IMG/VR virus record: IMGVR_UViG_3300017913_000624
Location: 1 to 28,292 of that record
Length of the DNA: 28,292 nt
DNA from: a virus
Taxonomy: Duplodnaviria > Caudoviricetes
Strand: one strand, 5' to 3'
The position numbers were made by a program, and so were the translations under genes. The notes below the pieces were generated by a model. It ran no database searches. It saw only the letters and a program-made list of their open reading frames with translations, and had not been told where the DNA came from. This document shows positions 15,957 to 24,145 of this stretch, in pieces (the first letter of the stretch is position 1; each line of letters starts with the position of its first letter).

Positions 15957-15995
15957 TGCGACTTTTGAAACTGAAACACACTAAGGAGTGATAAG

Positions 15996-16829
15996 ATGGC
16001 ACTGTCTATCTCAAACGCCTTTGTACAGTTGTTCGATGCGGAAGTTAAGCAAGCATATCAGGGCGCACGCTCTCTGGCTGGTCTTTGCCGTGAACGGTCT
16101 GTAGAAGGCAATTCTGTAAAATTCCCAAAGCTGGGTAAAGGCGTAGCAACAGTACGCGTACCGCAAACTGATGTGACACCATTGAACGTAACCTATTCAC
16201 AGGTTACAGCAACCATGACTGACTATTCAGCATCTGAATACTCAGACATTTTCCAACAAGCAAAGGTAAACTTTGATGAGCGCCGTGAGCTTGTGCAGGT
16301 AGTTGGTAACGCGATTGGTCGCCGCATGGATCAGATTTTGATTGATGCTGTGAACGCCGCCTCTTCACCGGGTACAGTTGGCACAAACATCGGTGGTGCA
16401 GGTACAAACATGAACCTTGCCAAGTTGCTTGAAGCTAAAGAATTGCTGGATACCAAAAACGTACCTGCCGAAGGTCGCGTGATGATTATCCATGCAAAGA
16501 ACCTGTCAGCACTGCTAGACGAAACTGAGCTGACCAGTTCTGATTTTGCGACTGTAAAAGCTCTCAGCAACGGCACGATAGATCAGTTTCTGGGCTTCAC
16601 ATTCCGCACCATTGGTGACCGGGATGAAGGCGGCCTGACACTGTCATCAGGTGTTCGTACTTGCCTAGCTTTCCATCGTGACTCAGTTGGCATGGGCATC
16701 AACATTAACCAGCGCAGTGAAATTAACTACGTTCCAGAGAAGACATCACACCTTGTGACTTCAATGTTCTCTGCCGGAGCGGTCGCCATCGAAGATGACG
16801 GCATTGTTAAGATTTCTGCGACAGAGTAA
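15996..16829 (+). CDS. Major capsid protein
   Basis: ISNAFVQLFDAEVKQAYQG start, AIGRRMD, DFATVKAL..GTIDQFLGF, EINYVPEK..GAVAI; strong TAAGGAG RBS; position. Confidence 0.92.
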   Translation: MALSISNAFVQLFDAEVKQAYQGARSLAGLCRERSVEGNSVKFPKLGKGVATVRVPQTDVTPLNVTYSQVTATMTDYSASEYSDIFQQAKVNFDERRELVQVVGNAIGRRMDQILIDAVNAASSPGTVGTNIGGAGTNMNLAKLLEAKELLDTKNVPAEGRVMIIHAKNLSALLDETELTSSDFATVKALSNGTIDQFLGFTFRTIGDRDEGGLTLSSGVRTCLAFHRDSVGMGININQRSEINYVPEKTSHLVTSMFSAGAVAIEDDGIVKISATE

Positions 16830-16841
16830 GGAGGCTGACTA

Positions 16842-17114
16842 ATGGCATACTCAAAAGACGGTCTTTGCACTGTAGCGGCATCCAAGCGCGGAAACGCACC
16901 TTCGATGTACACTTACACATCCGCAGACGCGATTGCTACTGTGAACACATCAGGTTATTTCAATGACCTGTCTGACACACTAGCAGTTGGCGACATCATC
17001 TTTGTGCATGACAGCGCAACACCAACAATGTCAATCGTTGTTGTTCTGTCAAACGCATCAGGTGTTGTTGACGTATCAGACGGCACAGCCGTATCTGTAG
17101 CAGACGCTGACTAA
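16842..17114 (+). CDS. Minor capsid/decoration-like protein
   Basis: AGGAGG RBS; YTSADAIATV..SGYFN..L.VGDII; directly after the capsid gene. Confidence 0.65.
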   Translation: MAYSKDGLCTVAASKRGNAPSMYTYTSADAIATVNTSGYFNDLSDTLAVGDIIFVHDSATPTMSIVVVLSNASGVVDVSDGTAVSVADAD

Positions 17115-17118
17115 CCTC

Positions 17119-17152
17119 TTGGACTAGGCGCTCCCAACCTTGCCTAGTCCAA
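17119..17152 (+). promoter_or_regulatory. Stable hairpin between head and tail genes
   Basis: TTGGACTAGGC-gctcccaacctt-GCCTAGTCCAA; no U-tract after it on either strand. Confidence 0.6.
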
Positions 17153-17174
17153 ACCAAAACAAAGGAGATGCGTC

Positions 17175-17789
17175 TTGGCTTCAGGCGATACCAAACTGTC
17201 CATCTGTTCGGATGCGCTCATTATGCTGGGCGCATCTCCTTTATCCAGCTTCGCTGACGGCACAGACGAAGCACAGGTAGCTGACCGTCTATATGACGAT
17301 TTGCGTGATACCTTAATCATGCAATACCCATATAGCTGGACACTGAGAAAGAAGAAGCTTGCTAGATTGCAAGCCGCGCCAATCAATGAGTGGCAATATA
17401 AATATCAGTTGCCGGGCGACATGCTAGGCAACCCGAAAGCTGTCTTTAACAGTAGCTCTGTAGGCATTGCACCTGTTAGAGACTTTGAGATTTATTCTGA
17501 TGGTCTATTTACAAATTTAGAAAATGTTTGGGTTGATTATCAGTACCTGCCAGAGCCAGCGCAGTTCCCACCATATTTCGTCAGGCTATTGCGCACAGCT
17601 CTCGCGGCAGAGTTTGCTGAGCCGATTACTGACCAGATTACGAAAGCGGATTATTTTCATGCTAAGGCGTATGGGTCTCCGGCTGATAATATGCGTGGTG
17701 GTCTTGTGCGCGTTGCTATCAATATTGATGGTGCAGACCAGCCGCCTCAAACAATCCAAGAGTTCCCAATTACTGACATAAGGTACTAG
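17175..17789 (+). CDS. Tail adaptor / tail tubular protein A (T7 gp11-like)
   Basis: TTG start with AAGGAG RBS; ICSDALIMLGA..ISSF-like, YPYSW, WQYKYQLP, LAAEFA motifs. Confidence 0.82.
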   Translation: MASGDTKLSICSDALIMLGASPLSSFADGTDEAQVADRLYDDLRDTLIMQYPYSWTLRKKKLARLQAAPINEWQYKYQLPGDMLGNPKAVFNSSSVGIAPVRDFEIYSDGLFTNLENVWVDYQYLPEPAQFPPYFVRLLRTALAAEFAEPITDQITKADYFHAKAYGSPADNMRGGLVRVAINIDGADQPPQTIQEFPITDIRY

Positions 17790-17790
17790 C

Positions 17791-19815
17791 ATGAGCCGCA
17801 TCATTCAGATCCAGAATGACTTTACCAGCGGTGAGCTTGACCCTAAGTTGCGTGCGCGCACAGATATCTCGCAGTACAAGTCTGGGCTGACCACAGCCAA
17901 GAATGTATCTATCCAGCCACAGGGCGGCGCTAAGCGCCGGGATGGCACAAAGTATATTGCCACACTGGATAGCGGTGCGGCAGATGCTGTGCGTATGGTT
18001 GCATTTGAGTTTAGTGTGACTGACAGCTATATGCTGGTGTTCACTCCCGGCAAAATGTATGTCTTCAAAAATCAAGTGTTGCAGACAGACATCAATGGTT
18101 CTGGCAATGACTTCCTAACTGTTAGCGCTTTGACTGCCGCTATCATCCCGGAGATGAATTGGATACAGTCTGCCGATACTGTTATTGTGGTGCATCAGGA
18201 CTTAGCGCCTTTGAAGATTGTGCGCGGTGCTAACGATACAACATGGACGGCCAGCACTATCAGCTTTGACTATGTGCCTAAGTATGCATACAGCCCTAGC
18301 TATGTTGCCGGCACATCAATAACGGCTGACAGTTTTAATCACTTAGCGCCGGATAGTGTTAGTGGCAATATTGTTATTGAAGCGCAGAAGAGCGGCAAGT
18401 CGCCATCGGCGGCGTTTACTCAGTCTGCTAGTTATTATGAAGACCAGTATATTAATGTTACGCCGTTTGGCCGGTTGCGGATTATTCGTAAAGTTAGCAC
18501 TAGCAAGCTAGAGTGTTTTGCTGAAGTGCCGCTGTTTGATGATAGTGACATTGCAAGGGCTGACTTTGAGATTGAACGCGGCTATGAGGATGTCTGGTCA
18601 TCCAGCCGTGGCTATCCGCGTAGCGTTACTTTCCATGAGGGCAGACTATACTTCGGCGGCACAGAAAGCAGACCGTCTACTATCTTTGGTTCACGCGTGT
18701 CTGACTTCTTTAACTTTGACCCCGGTGAAGCATTAGATGATGCGGCGGTAGAGGCAACGCTGGACACTGGCACATTCAACGCGATTGTTGATATGTATTC
18801 AGGCCGGCACTTGCAGATATTTACGACTGGCGGCGAGTTCTATGTGCCGCAGACATTGGATGACCCTATCACCCCGACCAACCTTATTGTGAAGGCTCAG
18901 ACTGCTTTCGGTATTAAGGCCGGCGTGCGCGTACAGAACGTGGATGGTTCAACCTTATTCATCCAAAGGCAGGGCAAAGCTCTGCAAGAGTTCGTGTTTA
19001 GCGATACCGTACAAGCTTATACATCCAGCAAAATCTCCCTGCTGTCATCTCATTTGCTCCGTTCCCCCGGAGAGATGGCAGTGCGTGTCGCCACATCTAC
19101 GGATGAGGGCGACCGCCTTATGATAGTCAATGATGATGATGGCTCGATAGCTTGTTACACTTTGCTACGAAGTCAGAACGTCATTGCACCCTGTGAGTGG
19201 ACTACAGAAGGTGATTTCATCAATATCGGTGTGGATGTTGATGATATCTATGTTGTGGTCAAGCGTAATGTAAATGATGCTGATGTTTACTATGTTGAGG
19301 TGTTTGACGCTGATGTATTTCTAGACTGTGCCAAGATAGGCACAGGTGCGGCATCATCTACTACAGTTGCACATCTAGAGGATGAGGTCATCCAGATTAT
19401 CCGGGATGGCGTGGTAGAGCCTGAGCAAACTGTGGGGGCATCACCCTATACCGTTACATTCGCCGTAGCGGCCACTGCAAGCTTTCAGGTTGGTCTTAAC
19501 TTCACCCCGACCATAAAGACCCTACCAGTAGAGCCAAACCTACCCAGCGGCTCTCTAAGGGGCTTTAAGAAGCGCATCTTCGAGATTAACGCTGAGCTGT
19601 TTGAGACACAGGCAATGTCTATCAATAATAAAGAGATAGCTTTCAGGTCATTCGGCACTAATGTTTTGGATGATGATGTAGATGAGTACACAGGCATCAA
19701 GACACTGAACGGCGTGCTTGGGTACAGCTATGATGGTCAGTTAACAATAACCCAGTCAGTGCCGCTAAAAATGACGGTGCTAGGCGTAGAATATAAAGTG
19801 AGTGCAGGGCAATGA
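17791..19815 (+). CDS. Tail nozzle / tubular protein B (T7 gp12-like)
   Basis: QNDFTSGELDP..R.D, GGAKRR.G, GYPRSVTFHEGRLYFGG, LQIFTTGGEF. Confidence 0.88.
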   Translation: MSRIIQIQNDFTSGELDPKLRARTDISQYKSGLTTAKNVSIQPQGGAKRRDGTKYIATLDSGAADAVRMVAFEFSVTDSYMLVFTPGKMYVFKNQVLQTDINGSGNDFLTVSALTAAIIPEMNWIQSADTVIVVHQDLAPLKIVRGANDTTWTASTISFDYVPKYAYSPSYVAGTSITADSFNHLAPDSVSGNIVIEAQKSGKSPSAAFTQSASYYEDQYINVTPFGRLRIIRKVSTSKLECFAEVPLFDDSDIARADFEIERGYEDVWSSSRGYPRSVTFHEGRLYFGGTESRPSTIFGSRVSDFFNFDPGEALDDAAVEATLDTGTFNAIVDMYSGRHLQIFTTGGEFYVPQTLDDPITPTNLIVKAQTAFGIKAGVRVQNVDGSTLFIQRQGKALQEFVFSDTVQAYTSSKISLLSSHLLRSPGEMAVRVATSTDEGDRLMIVNDDDGSIACYTLLRSQNVIAPCEWTTEGDFINIGVDVDDIYVVVKRNVNDADVYYVEVFDADVFLDCAKIGTGAASSTTVAHLEDEVIQIIRDGVVEPEQTVGASPYTVTFAVAATASFQVGLNFTPTIKTLPVEPNLPSGSLRGFKKRIFEINAELFETQAMSINNKEIAFRSFGTNVLDDDVDEYTGIKTLNGVLGYSYDGQLTITQSVPLKMTVLGVEYKVSAGQ

Positions 19816-20285
19816 GTGGTGGTGAGGCAATATTCTTTCAGGCCGCATCTGGCTTAATGAAGATGCAAGCGGCGCGCTCTGAAGCGCGTGGACTTGCTAG
19901 ACAGGCTACACAGTCCCTAGTAGAAGCAAGGTCAAAAGCTCTGCAATACAAACAACAAGGCATAGCTGTGTTGGATAGAATACTACAGAATGAGGCAACC
20001 ATAATTGCTAAGGCTGGGTCTGGAAGCATTGACCCATTTAGCGGTAGTGCTATGGCTGTGCGTTTTGGTAACGAGGCTAAAGGTGCTGATGAGTTCTTCC
20101 TAACTAAGGAAGGCGCTACGATTGTGACCGCTTCGGGAGAGGCTTCGGCAAACGAATATATGGCTCAGGGGCGTGCCGGTATTCAGGCGGCTACTATGGG
20201 CGCTGTTATTGGTATTGGCATGAAGGGTTATGAGGTTAACAAGCTAGGCAGTGAGGCAACACTGCAACCATTTGCAACGGTATAA
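19812..20285 (+). CDS. Internal virion (ejection) protein, small
   Basis: Ala/Gly/Gln-rich, GSIDPFSGSA motif; position after nozzle. Confidence 0.65.
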   Translation: MSGGEAIFFQAASGLMKMQAARSEARGLARQATQSLVEARSKALQYKQQGIAVLDRILQNEATIIAKAGSGSIDPFSGSAMAVRFGNEAKGADEFFLTKEGATIVTASGEASANEYMAQGRAGIQAATMGAVIGIGMKGYEVNKLGSEATLQPFATV

Positions 20286-20288
20286 GAT

Positions 20289-22028
20289 ATGGCAGAGCGT
20301 TTACCAAAATACAGAAGATTGGGAGTAGGCATACCGGGCGTGCCGTCCGTTAATTTTGTGCAGACAGGACGCGCACAAGCGGCTGTCTTTAACACTATCT
20401 CTAGAGCGCTAGACCAGATGTCTGACTTTGCATACAAGCAAGCAGAACAAGAAGCTATCACTACAGGCACAGAGTTTGGCGCGGCAAACGCGCCCACCGC
20501 TGAACAGCTCAAGCTTGCCGGCGAGGATGCTGAAAAGTATATCCCCGGTTTTGAGAATGATACCGTGTTTGCCAAGGCGGCACGCAAGGCGGCTATCCAA
20601 ACAGTTCAGGCTGACATGGAAACAGCAACACGCAATGAGATTACAAGATTGCGGTTGACAGCTATTGATGAAGATATGCCTGTCGCTACGTTCACAGCTA
20701 ATGTGCAGAACGCTATCAACGGTTACACAGCGGCTATGGCTGAGGTTAGCCCGGCGGCGGCAGTAAACTTTAGCGCCGGCATGGCGGCAAATGCAAATAG
20801 CGCTGTGCTTGCCTATGCTGAAAAGCTATCAGAGAAGCAAACCAGACAGGCAAGAATTGATGCTGAGCTTGCCGCTGATGCAATTATTGTTGGCCCTGTT
20901 GATGATGATGACAACAGCAATAGTAGCATTTCTGACGTTATGGCCGCTGGCTTTACACCTGCTACTAGCACTCAGGAATATGTGTCTGTCGCTGACAAGA
21001 TGCAGAACCTGCGCAATCAGGTAGAGCTTGCCGCATCAGCGGCTGGGCCAGAGATGATACGCGCAAAGCTAAAGGCGTTTGATGCGGCTGTTGATGGGGC
21101 ATACACTACAGCCGTTTCTGACTGGGCAATGCAGACACCAGACGCGCTATCTCAGATTGCCGGTCGAGGGCAAATAAAGAACGCAAAGATACGCGACTTG
21201 TGGGCTAACATGACGGCTGACCAGAAGCGCAAAGCTGAAGATGATATTATGTCTCGGCTGTCTCGAAACATCTCTATGGAAGAGCAAATCAATAGCCAGA
21301 ATGAGCGGAAGCGCAAAGACCAATCTGAGCTGGTTGTTGTTGATATTGTTAAGGCGCGCATGTCTGGAGATATGACAACCGTTGCTAATAAGCTTGAGAC
21401 ACTTGCATTGCTTGACCCGGCCAAGTTTGAAACCCTTGCATTGTCAGTCAACAAAGAAGGTGCGATTGACAGACCTGATGTTGTACAGCGCCTACAGATT
21501 GCCGCTGTTGATGGCGTGCTTACTATGGACATGGTGCTAGATCAATCACAGTATTTAAGCTACAGCACAATGAGCCAGATGTTTGAGAAGGTGAAGGCAA
21601 ACCGCAACACAGACCACACTCAAGCTATGAAGTATGTTAAGAACGCCCTGATGCCTGAAATACCAGATGGCATGGTTCTGTTTGACAGCAACAACCAAGA
21701 TGCCAAGAGAGCGGCGGTTGAAGTAGCTGATATTGAGACAGCTTTGATTTTTGAAATCAGACGCAACCCAGAGGTCAATAGGCTACAGTTCGTCAAGCCT
21801 CTGGTCGAAGAGATGCTGTCAACCAGAAAAGATGCGGAAGCTGATGCGAGGCAAGCGGCTGAAAAGGTATTGATGCAACTGAAAGGTGGTGGGCCGCAAG
21901 GGTTAAGCTTAGGGCCAGAAGCAACTGTTGAACAAGCTATTACAGCCCTAAGAGCTACCGATAAATTTGACCAAGCTGTAAAAGATAAATACATCGAGAG
22001 ACTCCAGCCTTTGAGAGACAAGGACTAG
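20289..22028 (+). CDS. Internal virion (ejection) protein
   Basis: 579 aa, helical and Ala-rich, MAERLPKY start; position. Confidence 0.65.
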   Translation: MAERLPKYRRLGVGIPGVPSVNFVQTGRAQAAVFNTISRALDQMSDFAYKQAEQEAITTGTEFGAANAPTAEQLKLAGEDAEKYIPGFENDTVFAKAARKAAIQTVQADMETATRNEITRLRLTAIDEDMPVATFTANVQNAINGYTAAMAEVSPAAAVNFSAGMAANANSAVLAYAEKLSEKQTRQARIDAELAADAIIVGPVDDDDNSNSSISDVMAAGFTPATSTQEYVSVADKMQNLRNQVELAASAAGPEMIRAKLKAFDAAVDGAYTTAVSDWAMQTPDALSQIAGRGQIKNAKIRDLWANMTADQKRKAEDDIMSRLSRNISMEEQINSQNERKRKDQSELVVVDIVKARMSGDMTTVANKLETLALLDPAKFETLALSVNKEGAIDRPDVVQRLQIAAVDGVLTMDMVLDQSQYLSYSTMSQMFEKVKANRNTDHTQAMKYVKNALMPEIPDGMVLFDSNNQDAKRAAVEVADIETALIFEIRRNPEVNRLQFVKPLVEEMLSTRKDAEADARQAAEKVLMQLKGGGPQGLSLGPEATVEQAITALRATDKFDQAVKDKYIERLQPLRDKD

Positions 22029-22031
22029 ACC

Positions 22032-23993
22032 ATGGACATTTCAAAAGAGCTAGGAAACAGCATTGACTATCAGGCATCCGGCGGCAGGACTGAAATCTAT
22101 AGAGATGAAGAAACAGGTGCTTTTATGTCACGCCCAGAACAAGTGCGCGTAGGCGATACCGGGATGGACTTGCAACCACCTTTGCGCAGACCAATGCGTC
22201 AGGCTGAACCACAGACACTTGATGAGACAATAGACGACATCATCCCTACCGCTGTAGGTCTAGCAGGTGGTGCAACTGCCGCTACTCTTGGCACATTGCA
22301 GGACATTGGTGGTTTCATATATGGCGCTGGCAAGGCTATGACCGCTGAAGAAGGCCAGCGCATGGAAACCTTTTTGAACACAGCACAAGAGGTGTCAGAC
22401 AAGTACGGCTCAGGTGCTGTGCGTGGTTTCATTATAGACCAAGCACAAGAAGCCGGGCTAGATGAAGGCCAGATGCAAGTGCTTGATGAAGCGCTTACTG
22501 TTGGCGAGTTCGGTGGCATCGGCGGTCTGGCCAAGGGTGCAGTAACTAAAGCTCCGCAGGTTCTGTCTGGAGCTGGTGATATCATTGAAAGTGCAGGTGA
22601 TGCGGCCAAGGCTAGAATGGCTGAGGGCGGTGCAACGCTAACAAGTGGTGTTGACCCTGACCCACTGATTGCGGCGGCTGGTGATGCTGTTAAGGCGATG
22701 AGAGACACACCAACATATTCTAGCGAAAAGCTGATTTCTCAGAGACTGCCGACAGGTGCAACTTCAACAGAAGATCCTTTGGCCACACCTCTGGTAACAG
22801 ACACAGCGGTCACGCTAAATCAGCCGGAGAAAAAGCTAAAGGCAAACTTTGAAAAGGTTGCTACATATCCAAACATGCCGCAAGGGTTTGAAGCGCTAGA
22901 GCCACAGGAAGCGGCAGAAGCACTAAAAGAACATGTTGTGCAAAACCTATTGTACCTATTTGACAAAGTGCCAGAGGCAACTAGAGAGCGCTCAAAGCTA
23001 TGGTATGTTGGCGCTAACAAGTTATCACAAGACTTGGCTGATAAGTATGAATTGCCGCTAGAAAGCGTAGCTGGTGCTATGGCCGCATTGTCGCCTCAGA
23101 AAGATTGGTATCAAAACGCAGACCTTGGCAGACGCGTTGTTGAAATCATGCACAATGTTACGCGAGGTAACGAAAAAGGCATGATTATGGATGCCAAGAT
23201 GATTAAGATGATGAACACTAAGTTCAAGGCTGACAAGCCAAAAGACAAGGTCATCATGGATGCAATCAAGGGCAAAGCATTTGGAGACCTTGAGCTACCT
23301 GCCGAAAAGGCTATGTGGTTGCGCGTGTATGATGAGACATACAACGACCGTGCTTATCCTATCATCAACCCGGAAGGCACTACAGGCAAGACAGTCAAAA
23401 CAACTAAGGGCAAGGATGCAAAAGTTGCGTGGGGTAGTTTGTCAGAGATTGGCAAGGCTATCACAGCTATTGAGAGCGGTGGAGACCTTAAAGTGCTATC
23501 TGACCAAATGGGCGGTCAGAACAAGGTGCGTAACTTCTACAATAACATCTACAACCCTATGTCTGAAAATGGTGATGTAACGATTGACACACATGCTATT
23601 GCGGCTGGTCTTCTAAGGCCACTTGCCGGGGATGCTACAGAGGTACACCATAATTTTGGTTCAGCGCCGGATGTAAAGAAGCGTGACGCGCTATGGTCTG
23701 GCGGTGTATCTAACACTAGCTTAACTGGTGTAAAGGGATTGTATGGCATTTACGCTGATGCATATCGTGAGGCCGCTAGACAGCGTGGTATATTGCCAAG
23801 AGAGATGCAGTCTATCACTTGGGAAGCAGTTAGAGGGCTGTATTCTGCCACTGATAAAGGAAATGAGCAGTTTGTAGCGGATATCAATGATATATGGTAT
23901 AAGTATAAAAAAGGTGAAATAACCTTGCAGGAGGCGCAAGATGGAGCAGTTGCAAGAGCAAACGGCATCGACAAACCAACTTGGGAAGATTGA
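22032..23993 (+). CDS. Internal virion protein with C-terminal HhH-GPD glycosylase-like (DUF7178-like) domain
   Basis: Gly/Ala-rich hydrophobic N-terminal part; then WY, AALSPQKDW, GQNKVRNFYNNI, VTIDTHA, YREAA..PREMQSITW. Confidence 0.65.
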   Translation: MDISKELGNSIDYQASGGRTEIYRDEETGAFMSRPEQVRVGDTGMDLQPPLRRPMRQAEPQTLDETIDDIIPTAVGLAGGATAATLGTLQDIGGFIYGAGKAMTAEEGQRMETFLNTAQEVSDKYGSGAVRGFIIDQAQEAGLDEGQMQVLDEALTVGEFGGIGGLAKGAVTKAPQVLSGAGDIIESAGDAAKARMAEGGATLTSGVDPDPLIAAAGDAVKAMRDTPTYSSEKLISQRLPTGATSTEDPLATPLVTDTAVTLNQPEKKLKANFEKVATYPNMPQGFEALEPQEAAEALKEHVVQNLLYLFDKVPEATRERSKLWYVGANKLSQDLADKYELPLESVAGAMAALSPQKDWYQNADLGRRVVEIMHNVTRGNEKGMIMDAKMIKMMNTKFKADKPKDKVIMDAIKGKAFGDLELPAEKAMWLRVYDETYNDRAYPIINPEGTTGKTVKTTKGKDAKVAWGSLSEIGKAITAIESGGDLKVLSDQMGGQNKVRNFYNNIYNPMSENGDVTIDTHAIAAGLLRPLAGDATEVHHNFGSAPDVKKRDALWSGGVSNTSLTGVKGLYGIYADAYREAARQRGILPREMQSITWEAVRGLYSATDKGNEQFVADINDIWYKYKKGEITLQEAQDGAVARANGIDKPTWED

Positions 23994-24138
23994 CCCTATA
24001 GTCCAGTTAATGCAAAAGTATGATGTCGAAATGACAAGAGAAAATTACCTGTATTATGCATATATGGGTGAAGTGCCAGAAGAGATTGGTGCTGAAGTAG
24101 AAGACGCAATGCCAGAGCAATTCAGGCTTAACCAGTAG
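23941..24138 (+). CDS. Small acidic protein (65 aa)
   Basis: Perfect AGGAGG RBS at 23929-23934; DPIVQLM..TRENYL..AY..VPEE..AEVE..MPEQFR; 13 D/E vs 4 K/R. Confidence 0.75.
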   Translation: MEQLQEQTASTNQLGKIDPIVQLMQKYDVEMTRENYLYYAYMGEVPEEIGAEVEDAMPEQFRLNQ

Positions 24139-24145
24139 GTGTTTT

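Noticed and set aside
15860-15990. tRNA or known riboswitch in the capsid leader
   Set aside because: No cloverleaf or T-loop motif and no riboswitch consensus recognised; kept only as an unassigned structured leader
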